64,000 nt of DNA from Nitrospira sp. (GTDB lineage Bacteria; Nitrospirota; Nitrospiria; Nitrospirales; Nitrospiraceae). Of this stretch, positions 1-10,025 are shown in pieces. The stretch covers positions 1,056,001 through 1,120,000 of the forward strand of contig AP038806.1 of assembly GCA_047150005.1 (NCBI GenBank), written 5' to 3'. The number at the start of each line of letters is the position of its first letter. Positions within the stretch are counted from its first letter, which is position 1. Made by a program: the position numbers and the translations under genes. The notes beneath the pieces are model-generated. The model searched no databases and was not told the origin of the DNA. It worked only from the letters and a program-made list of their open reading frames with translations.

Positions 1-981
1 GGCATTGGCTCTATCAAGCGTCGGCTGCCACGCTTGTTTGGTCATACCCAGACAAATGGCGGGGATACTGACCGCCCGACCGACATTGAGGATGGCGAGC
101 GCGTACTTCAAACCACGACCGACTTCACCGATGACGTTTGCCACTGGGATGCGGACATCCGTGAAGGTCATGTGGGCATTCTCAATACCCCTGCAACCCT
201 CGAATTGGCACCGTTGACGCACCTTCACCCCGGGAAGATCCATCTCGAGGATGAAGGCGGTGTGAACCCACTCATCTGCCTCCTTACCTTCCGGCATCGG
301 AACCCAGACTGTTCGCCCGTCACGCAGTTCTTTCCTGGCCGGCACACGTGCGATCAACGTCAGATACCGAGCAATCGTTCCGTTCGTGCACCACAGCTTT
401 TCCCCGTTCACCACATAGGCCGTTCCGCTGCCGTCCAGCACCGCCTCGGTCTGGACATTGGCCGCATCCGATCCGGTGACCGATTCGGTGAGCGCAAATG
501 CAGAGACGGCCTCCCGAGCGACGAGCGGCAGGTACTTGCGTTTCTGCGCTTCGCTGCCGAACCGGAGAATCGGCATCGCGATGCCGATCGACTGAGGCAC
601 CGCAACGGTCAACGCGAGGATGTTGCTCCAACTTGCTATCAGCATGAGAGCCCGACCGTAGTTCGCATATGAAAATCCGAGACCTCCGAACTCCTTGGGG
701 ATCTTCATGCCGAAGGCGCCGAGCGCAAACAAGCCTTTCAGCACGGAATCGGGAATCCTCGCGGACCGTTCAATCTCATCGGGATCGACCTGCGTCGTGA
801 GAAACGTCTGTAGCCTGGGACGAAAGTCCTCCCAGGCTTCTTTCTGTTCCGGTGACTCTTCCGGGAGAAGCAGCAGTGAGAAATCGGGGCGCCCGACGAA
901 AAGACCCGCCACAAAGCTATGGCCCGACAACCGATCGCGAGCTTCCTCGATTCGTTCAAAGCCTTTGAAGAGCGATCCCAT
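1..981 (-). CDS. Acyl-CoA dehydrogenase (partial, runs off the left edge)
   Basis: Manual translation from ATG 981: MGSLFKGFER...GMKIPKEFGGLG...AFALTEPVTGSDA...NGEKLWCTNG, which are ACAD motifs; absent from the ORF track because it has no stop in the window. Confidence 0.9.
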   Translation of the reverse strand, partial: MGSLFKGFERIEEARDRLSGHSFVAGLFVGRPDFSLLLLPEESPEQKEAWEDFRPRLQTFLTTQVDPDEIERSARIPDSVLKGLFALGAFGMKIPKEFGGLGFSYANYGRALMLIASWSNILALTVAVPQSIGIAMPILRFGSEAQKRKYLPLVAREAVSAFALTESVTGSDAANVQTEAVLDGSGTAYVVNGEKLWCTNGTIARYLTLIARVPARKELRDGRTVWVPMPEGKEADEWVHTAFILEMDLPGVKVRQRCQFEGCRGIENAHMTFTDVRIPVANVIGEVGRGLKYALAILNVGRAVSIPAICLGMTKQAWQPTLDRANA

Positions 982-992
982 GGCTGTCCGAT

Positions 993-2399
993 TCATCGTG
1001 CCGGCTGCACCACAGCGGCACGATTCCGAATCTCCTCAAATCGTGCCGTGAAATGACGCAGCATCGGCGCCTCATAGGTCAAGCGGAGGCCGCGGATCTT
1101 CTCGCGCCGTCCGAATAACTCGATGATCGATTCCGCGACATAGGTGATCTGCATGTTGGTATAGACTCGTCTCGGGATGGCCAACCTCACCATCTCGAGT
1201 TCGGGATGAATGGTTCGCCCGGTCGCCGGGTCTTTCTTGCCGAACATCACCGTGCCGATCTCTACGCCTCTAATCCCATATTCCCGATAGAGAACCGCAA
1301 CCAGGGATTGGGCGGGAAATTGTGTTCGCGGAATGTGCGGCAGAAACTCCTTGGCGTTGAGATACACCGCGTGTCCTCCGATCGGCTTAAGAACGGGCAC
1401 GCCCGCCTGATCCAGCAGCTCTCCCAGATACCGTACCTGGCCGACCCGGAAGTTCAGGTAATCTTCATCCAGCGCTTCGCGCAGCCCTCTGGCCATCGCT
1501 TCCAGATCGCGACCGGCCAAGCCGCCATAGGTGGGAAAGCCTTCGACCAGGATCAGCATGTTGGTAATATCCTGCGCCCACTGGTCGTCATTCAGACTGA
1601 GAAATCCCCCTATGTTCACGAGGCCGTCCTTCTTGGCGGACATCGTGCAGCCGTCGCCATACCTGAAGAGCTCCCGTGCGATGTCGAGAATCGACCGGTC
1701 GGCGAACTCCGGCTCCCGCTCTTTGATGAAGAAACAATTCTCGGCAAAGCGACAGGCATCGAAGAAGAGAGGAATACGGTAACGGTCCAACAGCGCGCGA
1801 GTCCGTCGGATGTTGTCCATCGAGACCGGTTGCCCGCCGCCGCTGTTGTTCGTGATCGTCAGCATGACGAGCGGAATGCGATCCGGCCCGATCCGGTTGA
1901 TCGCCTCTTCCAACCGGCTCACATCCATGTTGCCTTTGAACGGCGATTCGCAGTGGGGGTCATAGGCCTCTTTGATCACGACGTCCAGAGCCTGCGCACC
2001 TTGATGCTCCACGTTGGCTCGAGTGGTGTCGAAATGAATGTTGTTTGGAACACACATACCCGACTTGACCACGGTGGAGAACAGGAGATTTTCAGCCATG
2101 CGTCCTTGATGAGTAGGAATCACATGTTGGTACCCGAAGATGGAGCGGACGGTTTGTTCGAAGTGGTAATAGTTCCTGCTGCCGGCATAGGATTCGTCCC
2201 CCTGCATCAAGCCCGCCCATTGGCGATCGCTCATGGCCGAGGTGCCGCTATCGGTCAAGAGGTCGACATAGACGCTCTCGGCCGGAATTTGAAACAGGTT
2301 GTAGCCCGCATGTCGCAGCAGACGATCCCGCTCCTTTCGGGTCGTGCGTCGGATCGGCTCCACAACTTTGATCTTGAACGGCTCGGAGGGAAACTTCAT
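993..2399 (-). CDS. tnaA: Tryptophanase (PLP beta-eliminating lyase)
   Basis: DLLTDSGT, GDESYAGS and MSAKKD (PLP lysine); HFDTT, GVEIG and LRHFTA are TnaA-type rather than tyrosine phenol-lyase-type (FTTT, ERG, LRFFTA). Confidence 0.88.
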   Translation of the reverse strand: MKFPSEPFKIKVVEPIRRTTRKERDRLLRHAGYNLFQIPAESVYVDLLTDSGTSAMSDRQWAGLMQGDESYAGSRNYYHFEQTVRSIFGYQHVIPTHQGRMAENLLFSTVVKSGMCVPNNIHFDTTRANVEHQGAQALDVVIKEAYDPHCESPFKGNMDVSRLEEAINRIGPDRIPLVMLTITNNSGGGQPVSMDNIRRTRALLDRYRIPLFFDACRFAENCFFIKEREPEFADRSILDIARELFRYGDGCTMSAKKDGLVNIGGFLSLNDDQWAQDITNMLILVEGFPTYGGLAGRDLEAMARGLREALDEDYLNFRVGQVRYLGELLDQAGVPVLKPIGGHAVYLNAKEFLPHIPRTQFPAQSLVAVLYREYGIRGVEIGTVMFGKKDPATGRTIHPELEMVRLAIPRRVYTNMQITYVAESIIELFGRREKIRGLRLTYEAPMLRHFTARFEEIRNRAAVVQPAR

Positions 2400-3358
2400 A
2401 CGACTGACCTCTCAAATCGCGACAATTCTCCCCGAAATACCGGCGCGCCTCCGTATTCAAAAACATACCGGGTCATATCGAAAAGCGGTGCGGGGTCGAG
2501 ATCGCGCAACAGTTCCGGCTTCCACGTAATCTCCAACTGATTGATCATCGTAATAGGCGTCGGAGGCCCGACCACGCCGAGCTGCACCTGCCCGTAGGAT
2601 TGAGAGAAAATGAGAATCTCCCCATCGAACATGGCCGCGTTGAGATCACTCGCGGCCCCCTGCCTCCCATAATCCTCCTCGAACCGCTGAAATGCGGGCG
2701 CCCGTTCGAGTTCTTCGCGGAACGCGAAGAAAATGTCGATGCCGGCCCGTTGCTGGTCGTCCATGACCTGAACGGCATCGCGCACCACCGACTCCTGCTG
2801 CATTTGCTCGCGCGTCAGGACCAATAGGCGGCGGATGCGTACTCCCCGTTTGGCCGCCTCTTGATTGGCCAGCAGATAGTTCGGATAGAGAGCTTCGCCT
2901 TTCTTCCAAATGTTCCAGCGTTCCATGATCGCGTCGATGGACTGTTCGGCCGTCTGAACAAGCCGGACAGCCTCGGCGTTTGCTTCCGCTCCTTCATACG
3001 TGAGCGTTTGCATTTCGAGCTGACGGAGCTCTCGCCCAATCGCCTCCACCTTGCGCGGAATGTATTTGGGATTCTTGGGAACATGAAGCATGACGTCGAC
3101 GGCAGTCAGCGCCAGGGTCCAATATTCTTTGGCTGCGGACGGAGCCTTGTCCTTCTGCGCGATCAACAGGAGTTCGACCGGGTTCTTGTCGAGGAGTTTG
3201 GCGATCTTGATACAGAGCTCGGGTTTGGGAATCTTGAAACCGCGTCGGATCAAATTGGCTTCAGGCTGGGCGATACCAAGCTTTTTCGCCACCGCATAGT
3301 CGCTGCTGAGACCAAACCGCTCCTTAATGGCTTCAAGATACTTCGAGACTTCCGACAT
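2396..3358 (-). CDS. Putative transcriptional regulator: N-terminal XRE-like HTH plus C-terminal sensor-like domain
   Basis: SDYAVAKKLGIAQPEANLIRRG HTH pattern; stop overlaps the tnaA start; upstream GAGGAG RBS. Confidence 0.65.
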   Translation of the reverse strand: MSEVSKYLEAIKERFGLSSDYAVAKKLGIAQPEANLIRRGFKIPKPELCIKIAKLLDKNPVELLLIAQKDKAPSAAKEYWTLALTAVDVMLHVPKNPKYIPRKVEAIGRELRQLEMQTLTYEGAEANAEAVRLVQTAEQSIDAIMERWNIWKKGEALYPNYLLANQEAAKRGVRIRRLLVLTREQMQQESVVRDAVQVMDDQQRAGIDIFFAFREELERAPAFQRFEEDYGRQGAASDLNAAMFDGEILIFSQSYGQVQLGVVGPPTPITMINQLEITWKPELLRDLDPAPLFDMTRYVFEYGGAPVFRGELSRFERSVV

Positions 3359-3408
3359 GCAGCACTCCTCTCACAGATTGGGCTCAGCCTGAGCGGGTCC
3401 GGAAGCCA

Positions 3409-4140
3409 TCATGCCGCGTGAAAGCGAGCTTCTCGCGGCTCACGGTCAGGAGATTCTCCATGCGTCAATCCGATCCAAAACCCCTCGAGGTATCCGAGAA
3501 CGGCATTGACCCCTGACCGGAAATCTTCCCTTTCCTGATCGGACATAGTGGTGTTGTTCGCGCCTTCAATGGCTTCCACCGCATGCTCCATCGCCTCCTC
3601 GTGGGAGAGCTCGAGTTCTCGATGAAAGGTGAAATAGGTGAGGTCCATATGGGGATGTAAGGTGGCTTTCAAATAAGCGAGCCCTGGGATCAGATGATCC
3701 CACAGCGTAATGGCCATGTTCTCCAGACCGAAGGATGCGCCCAAGGCCTTGGCGTGATTGCCATCGCTGTACAACTGTTCCATCCCTTCGATGTAACAGC
3801 GGGTCGAGGGCAGCATGGGGCGCGACATGGCTTCATGCACATCGATATCAATGGACCGCAAAAAGTTCCGATACAGGAGCTCGTGGCGATACTGGGTCTG
3901 TCCATTACCCAATTCGGAGTACAGAACCTTGGTCAGTTCCTCGGCAACCTTCTCATCCGCCGTGTTGACAAGTTGGGACATCAAGATCCGGGGAAAGAAA
4001 CGAGCAAAGTTGTAGAACTCGATTGCAAAATCCTTCAGATCGGCGGCGGTGAGATCGCCCGATTGAAAACGATCGAGATACGGATTGTTGATCGCCCTGT
4101 GCCTCAGCACGATCCCTCTCATTTCTTGATAGAACGTCAT
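3409..4140 (-). CDS. Haem-oxygenase-like (TenA/PqqC/CADD-type) iron redox enzyme
   Basis: Helical protein with ELGNG...H, GLE and YFTFHRELELSH, resembling the E/H diiron ligand set. Confidence 0.72.
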   Translation of the reverse strand: MTFYQEMRGIVLRHRAINNPYLDRFQSGDLTAADLKDFAIEFYNFARFFPRILMSQLVNTADEKVAEELTKVLYSELGNGQTQYRHELLYRNFLRSIDIDVHEAMSRPMLPSTRCYIEGMEQLYSDGNHAKALGASFGLENMAITLWDHLIPGLAYLKATLHPHMDLTYFTFHRELELSHEEAMEHAVEAIEGANNTTMSDQEREDFRSGVNAVLGYLEGFWIGLTHGESPDREPREARFHAA

Positions 4141-4441
4141 CGGTCACCTCCAGGCAGCAAAAGGACGGGACACGACATGACGCTTGACACGATACGCAGA
4201 TCGTATAATATGCTTTTTGAATCATACGATCAACCATCAAATGATATCATAACTTATTAATACAATGTGCTATATTTTTATGCATGCCAGTAGAGCATGA
4301 TCATCAATAAGCTCATTCACTACGTTTTAATACAATATTGCTATCATTCGATTTATCTTTCGTGTTACCATATTCTCACGAGCGAGAAGCGGATAGAGGC
4401 GACCGGAAGCGGAATTCTGCTCCATCGGAGGAGGGGCCATC

Positions 4442-5029
4442 ATGGACCATTCAACAGGGATTGATCACATCACGCTCTGCGTGGAGGACCTCGATGCGGC
4501 GGAGTTTCTCTTCACCAAGGTCCTCGGTTTTGAGGCGATCTGGTCGGCTCGGGACGTAGGCACTGAAAAATCTTCGATGGATACGGTGGTCGTGCAGCGA
4601 GGCAACGCCAAGATTGCGCTCATGCAGGGTCGGGACAAGACGACAAAGTCGCAGATCAGCCAGTTTATCGAGAAATACGGCCAGGGCGTGCAACACTTCG
4701 CTCTTGAAGTTGATGACATCGAGGCTGCCTGTCGTGAATGGGAGGCCCATGGCGTCAAGTTCAGCGGATCGCTGAAGGAAGGACGCGACGGATTCGGTCC
4801 TCTCAAACAGCGATTCACCTTTCCGCTTTTCCCGGGGAGCGGGTTGTTCATTGAATTGACTCAACGCGTCCATGGAGAAGAGAAGTCGAAAACGTTAGTC
4901 CGCAACACTGTTGAGTCTCTTTACAAGGACATCGAGCGGGATCAAGCATCAGGGATCGAACGGACGATCATCGATTACGGGCCATCCTCGACTCCTGGGA
5001 AGAAGAAACCGTTGAAGCGTGCCTCATAG
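4442..5029 (+). CDS. VOC-family protein resembling the C-terminal catalytic domain of 4-hydroxyphenylpyruvate dioxygenase
   Basis: IDHITL, SQISQFIEKYGQGVQHFAL, LFIELTQR, SLYKDIERDQ; directly upstream of hmgA. Confidence 0.72.
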   Translation: MDHSTGIDHITLCVEDLDAAEFLFTKVLGFEAIWSARDVGTEKSSMDTVVVQRGNAKIALMQGRDKTTKSQISQFIEKYGQGVQHFALEVDDIEAACREWEAHGVKFSGSLKEGRDGFGPLKQRFTFPLFPGSGLFIELTQRVHGEEKSKTLVRNTVESLYKDIERDQASGIERTIIDYGPSSTPGKKKPLKRAS

Positions 5030-5061
5030 GAACGCATCAGGCTTTTCACGAGAGGCCGGCC

Positions 5062-6171
5062 ATGTATCTCAACAGAAAAGGCAAGGTTCCCAATCAAGCC
5101 CACGTCGGCATTCCCGAAGGACTATGCGAGGAGGAGCATGGACGAAACGGATTCGCTGGAGCGGTGTCACATTTGTACCGGGTCCATCCCCCGACGGGGT
5201 GGCTGAAGATCGATTGACCACTCAAACCACGAGCCTTTGCCTGCGTCCGACTCTTAACCGCAACTACCCCATCTGTCGCGACTCAGCCGGCCCTCATGAT
5301 GCAGAGTCACGATGTGAGCCTGTACCTGTCATGCCGGACCGAGACGATGACCCATTTCATTCGCAATGCCGACGGAGACGAAGTCCATTTCATCCATCAG
5401 GGCACAGGGAGATTTGAGACGGACTATGGAACCCTTTCTTACGAGACAGGCGATTACATCGTGATCCCAAAAGGAACGACCTATCGAATCCACGTCGATG
5501 CCGGCCCGTCTCTTTCCCTCATCGTTGAAACGCCCGAATCTGTCACGGTACCGGATCGTGGACCGCTCGGACAGCATGCCCTGTTCGATAAGGGTGTCCT
5601 TGTGGCCCCTGAGTTGGGGACGGTGGAGCCACCGGAAGCTCAGGGCCAAGAGTGGGAAGTCCACATCAAGCGGTGCGGGAATTCGACGACGGTGGTCTAC
5701 CCGTTCTATCCGATGGATGTGGTCGGTTGGAAAGGAGATCTGTGGGCGGCCAAGCTGAACGTGCGTGATTTTCGGCCGGTTACCAGCCCCCGTTACCACT
5801 TGCCGCCGAGCGTCCATGGAACATTCAAGGCCGGTGGATGCCTGATCTCCACCTTCGCCCCGAGACCATTGGAAAGCGACCCTGAGGCTCTCCGTGTTCC
5901 GTTCTACCACCGCAATACGGACTACGATGAAGTCCTTTTCTACCATCGAGGAGATTTTTTCAGCCGGGCGGGAATTCAGCCGGGCATGCTGACCTTACAC
6001 CCGCAGGGCATCCATCACGGACCGCAGCCGCAAGCCGTGCAAGCCAGCAAGGAGAAGACACAGACGAGCGAAGTGGCGGTGATGATCGAATCCAAGACCC
6101 CGTTCACGGTACGCCCAGAGATGGAAACCGTGGAAGTGAAAAACTATGCGCTGAGTTGGAGCCGTCGATGA
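5062..6171 (+). pseudogene. hmgA: Homogentisate 1,2-dioxygenase interrupted by an in-frame TGA at 5215-5217
   Basis: ATG 5062 gives MYLNRKGKVPNQAHVGIP...EEEHGRNGF...HPPTGWLKID*PLKPRAF, in frame with ORF 5296-6171 (RNADGDEVHF, PFYHRNTDYDEV, HPQGIHHGP). Confidence 0.85.
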
Positions 6172-7154
6172 AGCTCGTCAGTTTTCGCATCGCAACTCCT
6201 GTCGGCACCTTCACACGAGTGGGCGCCATGCACGGCCCCAACCTGATCGACTTGAACATGGCCTATGCTCGCTGGTTGGCCGATCAAGGCGAAGCGCAGC
6301 CGCACCGCTTGGCCAATGCGCAGGTACCCGCGAGCATGCTGGAGTTTCTCGAAGGCGGGATGTCCACAATGGCCGCCGCGCGGCGGGCGATGGGCCATGC
6401 CGTCATGCTCGCACCTTCGGCAACGGGTCCGTGCGGTGAGATGATCGTCTATCGCTCGTCCGACGTTCAGCTCATGGCCCCCTTGGTCGATCCGCCGTCT
6501 CTGCGAGACTTTATCGCCTTTGAAGACCACATTGCGGCGACTTCGAAGAAACGCGGGCAGCCGATTCCCCCTGAATGGTACAAAGCGCCCGTCTACTACA
6601 AGGGCAACCACCGAACCATTATCGGGACGGATGAGGATCTGGCCTGGCCCTTGGACACGACGAAGCTGGATTATGAGTTGGAATTGGCCTGTGTCATCGG
6701 GCGCAAGGGCAGAGACATCCCCGAACGGGATGCGCAGGGGTACATCGCCGGGTACACGATCATGAATGACTTCAGTGCCCGCGACATCCAGTTCCAAGAG
6801 ATGGCCTGCCGGTTGGGTCCCGCAAAAGGCAAAGATTTTGCGACGGCGCTAGGCCCCTGCCTCGTGACGTCCGACGAGATTGCAGATCTCGACGGACTCA
6901 TCATGATCGCGCGCGTGAACGGACAAGAATGGTCGCGCGGACGGTTCGGGACGATTCACTGGTCCTTCTCACAGATGATCGAACATGTGTCTCGCGGGGA
7001 AATGATCTATCCGGGAGACATCTTCGGCTCTGGAACCGTAGGAGGAGGATGCGGTCTCGAAATGGACCGGTACTTGAAGCCGGGAGACGTGGTGGAGCTG
7101 GAAATTCAGCCCATTGGCGTCCTGAGGACTCGCATCGTGGGCTCCACGTCATGA
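6168..7154 (+). CDS. Fumarylacetoacetate hydrolase family protein
   Basis: LDYELELACVIG, NDFSARDIQ, KGKDFATALGP, GSGTVGGG; ATGA overlap with hmgA. Confidence 0.9.
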   Translation: MKLVSFRIATPVGTFTRVGAMHGPNLIDLNMAYARWLADQGEAQPHRLANAQVPASMLEFLEGGMSTMAAARRAMGHAVMLAPSATGPCGEMIVYRSSDVQLMAPLVDPPSLRDFIAFEDHIAATSKKRGQPIPPEWYKAPVYYKGNHRTIIGTDEDLAWPLDTTKLDYELELACVIGRKGRDIPERDAQGYIAGYTIMNDFSARDIQFQEMACRLGPAKGKDFATALGPCLVTSDEIADLDGLIMIARVNGQEWSRGRFGTIHWSFSQMIEHVSRGEMIYPGDIFGSGTVGGGCGLEMDRYLKPGDVVELEIQPIGVLRTRIVGSTS

Positions 7155-7170
7155 CAAGAGAGAAGCGCAC

Positions 7171-7923
7171 ATGGGTGTCCTGACGGATGAACTGGCTCTC
7201 GCGGAATTGGCTGAACGACACCGCCAGCTCTACGGCGGACCGTCCGTTGACACTAAGTTGAGAGCGATTATTCGCGAGGGGGTGCACACCCGACTGACTG
7301 TTTCGGATATTCGTCACATCTTGCGGACCTCGCAGTCGGTCTTCTTTGATACCCACGTCGAAGCCGTATCAGGTCATCACACAGCCACCTATCTCCGGTT
7401 CGAGTCCGTTGCCCGTTCCCCGCAGCTGATCGGCTGGTTGGCCGGTGATATGGCCCAGTGGATCCGAGCAGCGTTTGTGAACGATCCGATCACCGGCATC
7501 CTTGCCACCACATCAGCCGCGGAAAGGCTCGCCGAGGGGGTCGCACGTGTCCTTCACGACACGATGCGGTTGCGCGTGGCGTTGACGCTCCACAACGGCG
7601 AGACAGGGCGTATCGGGACGGACATCGTCGGCGGCGCGATCAAACCCGGCGAACGATTCTTGGCGCTCAATGATGTCACCACGCGCGGCAACTGTGTAAG
7701 CAAGCTCGGTAAAGTGATCACCGACAACGGAGGCCTGTTGGCCGGCATGATGGTTTTTGCGCGTCGGGATAGCGGCCAATTCCCATTGATGAAAGACCTG
7801 ACCGCGCAGCATCCCTTCTATTACACGACAGACCTCGACATGCCGCAGTGGGAGCCGGCGCAGTGCCCTCTGTGCCGGGAGAACAAACCTCTGCTGTCCT
7901 GGAAAGATATGCCGCAACTCTGA
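7171..7923 (+). CDS. Divergent type I phosphoribosyltransferase (orotate PRTase-like)
   Basis: SGHHT..YL, degenerate PRPP loop LALNDVTTRG, C-terminal WEPAQCPLC. Confidence 0.6.
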   Translation: MGVLTDELALAELAERHRQLYGGPSVDTKLRAIIREGVHTRLTVSDIRHILRTSQSVFFDTHVEAVSGHHTATYLRFESVARSPQLIGWLAGDMAQWIRAAFVNDPITGILATTSAAERLAEGVARVLHDTMRLRVALTLHNGETGRIGTDIVGGAIKPGERFLALNDVTTRGNCVSKLGKVITDNGGLLAGMMVFARRDSGQFPLMKDLTAQHPFYYTTDLDMPQWEPAQCPLCRENKPLLSWKDMPQL

Positions 7924-7952
7924 CACGCGACTCACCCGAACCGGAGGAGCAC

Positions 7953-8954
7953 ATGGACCTCGAGATGGTACGCCAGCACATCAAGCGAGCCGATCTCCTC
8001 CAGATGTACTACTACCTCCGCCTCACCCGATCTCTGGAAGACCGCATCACGGCGCTCTACCGGCAGGGACGCATTGTCGGTGGCTGCTACACCAGTCACG
8101 GCATGGAGGCGATCGCGGTCGGCTACGCCTCCGCCATCGAACGCGATGATATCATCGCTCCCTTTCATCGAGACATGGGAGCCTTCCTCATTCGTGGGAT
8201 CACGCCGGGCGAAGTCCTCGCCCAATATCTCGGCAAGCGAACCGGGCCGACGAAAGGCAAAGACGGCAATGTTCACATGGGTGATCTCAAGCGGGGCGTG
8301 CTCGGCTTCGTCAGCCACTTGGCCGACAATATGCCGGTCGCGACAGGCGCGGCTCTGGCTTTCAAGATTCGAGGTGAGGCCCGCGTCGTCGTTGCCGGAA
8401 CCGGCGACGGCGGAACCAGCCGTGGCGACTTCCACGAAGCCATGAACTTTGCGGCGGTGCGCAAACTCCCGGTCGTCTTCTTCTGCAACAACAACCAATA
8501 TGCCTATTCAACGCCGCAACATCTTCAAATGGCGATCCAGGACGTGGTCGACCGGGCCAAGGCCTACGGGATGCCCGGCGAAATCGTGGACGGCAACGAC
8601 GTGTCCGCAGTGTATCTCGCGTCTAAGCGCGCTGCCGCGAGAGCGCGCGCCGGCGGAGGGCCGACATTCCTCGAGTTCAAAACCATGCGAATGCATGGGC
8701 ATTCCGAGCACGACGCAGCCAAGTACGTTCCCCATGAGTTGCTGGAGGAATGGAAGACGAAAGACCCGATGCTGAAGGCCGAGCGCCTGCTCACGCAACT
8801 CGGTTACGGCGACGAAGGCTACTTTCAGGAGGTCGCCGAGCGAGCAAAGAAAGAAGTCGAAGCGGGCCTGGAGTTTGCCGACCACAGTCCTCTGCCGGAA
8901 GGACGGGAAGTGTTGGAAGGCGTGTTCGCCACCGAAGAAGAGGTGGAATCATGA
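7953..8954 (+). CDS. 2-oxoacid (probably branched-chain) dehydrogenase E1 alpha
   Basis: TPP motif GDGGTSRGDFHEAMN...NNQYA; RMHGHSEHD; GGAGGAG RBS. Confidence 0.9.
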   Translation: MDLEMVRQHIKRADLLQMYYYLRLTRSLEDRITALYRQGRIVGGCYTSHGMEAIAVGYASAIERDDIIAPFHRDMGAFLIRGITPGEVLAQYLGKRTGPTKGKDGNVHMGDLKRGVLGFVSHLADNMPVATGAALAFKIRGEARVVVAGTGDGGTSRGDFHEAMNFAAVRKLPVVFFCNNNQYAYSTPQHLQMAIQDVVDRAKAYGMPGEIVDGNDVSAVYLASKRAAARARAGGGPTFLEFKTMRMHGHSEHDAAKYVPHELLEEWKTKDPMLKAERLLTQLGYGDEGYFQEVAERAKKEVEAGLEFADHSPLPEGREVLEGVFATEEEVES

Positions 8955-9943
8955 CGACCGCCACGGCGTCGGCCGAAGTCTCATATTTGGAAGCCATTTC
9001 GCAGGCCCTGGATGAGGAGATGGCCCGCGACGGGCGGGTGTTCCTCATGGGCGAAGACATTGGCACCTACGGCGGGGCTTTCAAGATCACCGAAGGTTTT
9101 CTCCAGAAATACGGCGAGTGGCGGGTCTTGGACACCCCGCTGGCCGAGTCCGGATTTGTGGGAGCGGCCATCGGAGCCGCGATGATGGGCCTGCGGCCGG
9201 TTGTAGAAATGCAGTTTGCCGACTTCATTTCTTGCGCGTTCGATCAGATCACCGAGGTCGCGGCGAAGAATCATTACCGTTGGGGGGCCGCGGTGCCGAT
9301 GGTCATTCGCGCGCCGTTCGGCGGCGGCGTGCACGGTGGTCCCTTTCACTCCGAGTGTCCTGAAGGCTGGTTCTTCCACTCCCCTGGGCTCAAACTCGTG
9401 GCCCCTTCGACTCCATACGACGCGAAGGGTCTTCTGAAGGCTGCCATTCGAGACCCCAATCCGGTCATTTACTTCGAGCATAAGTTTCTCTACCGGCGCA
9501 TCAAGGCAACGCTTCCGCCAGACGATTACATTGTGCCGATCGGGAAGGCCGACGTGAAGCGAGTCGGGAACGATATCTCGGTCATCACGTACGGGGCGAT
9601 GGTTCACCTGGCGCTGGAGGCCGCCCAGGTCCTGGCCCCTGAAGGGATCGGTCTGGAAGTGGTCGACCTGCGCACGTTGATTCCGCTCGACAAGGAGACG
9701 GTGTACGGATCGGTGCGCAAGACCGGTAAAGCCATCCTGTTGCACGAAGATAACAAGACGGGCGGAATCGGAGCCGAAATCGCTGCGCTCCTAGCCGAGG
9801 AGTGTTTTGACTGTTTGGACGGTCCGATCGTCCGAATCGCTCCACCCGATACGCCCGTGCCGTTCAGCACGCCCTTGGAGGAGTTCTTTCTTCCAAAGAC
9901 CGGCGACATCGTTGAGGCGGCGAGGAAGTTGGCGGCGTATTGA
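8951..9943 (+). CDS. 2-oxoacid dehydrogenase E1 beta
   Basis: GEDIG.YGGAF, DTPLAESG, EMQFADF, GGPFHSEC. Confidence 0.9.
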   Translation: MTTATASAEVSYLEAISQALDEEMARDGRVFLMGEDIGTYGGAFKITEGFLQKYGEWRVLDTPLAESGFVGAAIGAAMMGLRPVVEMQFADFISCAFDQITEVAAKNHYRWGAAVPMVIRAPFGGGVHGGPFHSECPEGWFFHSPGLKLVAPSTPYDAKGLLKAAIRDPNPVIYFEHKFLYRRIKATLPPDDYIVPIGKADVKRVGNDISVITYGAMVHLALEAAQVLAPEGIGLEVVDLRTLIPLDKETVYGSVRKTGKAILLHEDNKTGGIGAEIAALLAEECFDCLDGPIVRIAPPDTPVPFSTPLEEFFLPKTGDIVEAARKLAAY

Positions 9944-9947
9944 AAAG

Positions 9948-10017
9948 GAGGCTGAGATCAAGGTTGAGGACGAGCGTTGAGTCCGGCTCCTGAGCCTCAG
10001 CCTAGATTGAGCCTGAG
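9948..10017. repeat. Intergenic hexamer-based palindromic element (GCTGAG/GTTGAG...CTCAGC)
   Basis: gaggctgagatcaaggttgagg...ctgagcctcagcctagattgagcctgag. Confidence 0.4.
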
Positions 10018-10025
10018 TTCAGAGC

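Noticed and set aside
993..2399. Tyrosine phenol-lyase
   Set aside because: Three specificity positions match tryptophanase
5215..5217. Selenocysteine at the hmgA TGA
   Set aside because: The position looks like Gly rather than Cys, HmgA is not a known selenoprotein, and no clear SECIS was seen
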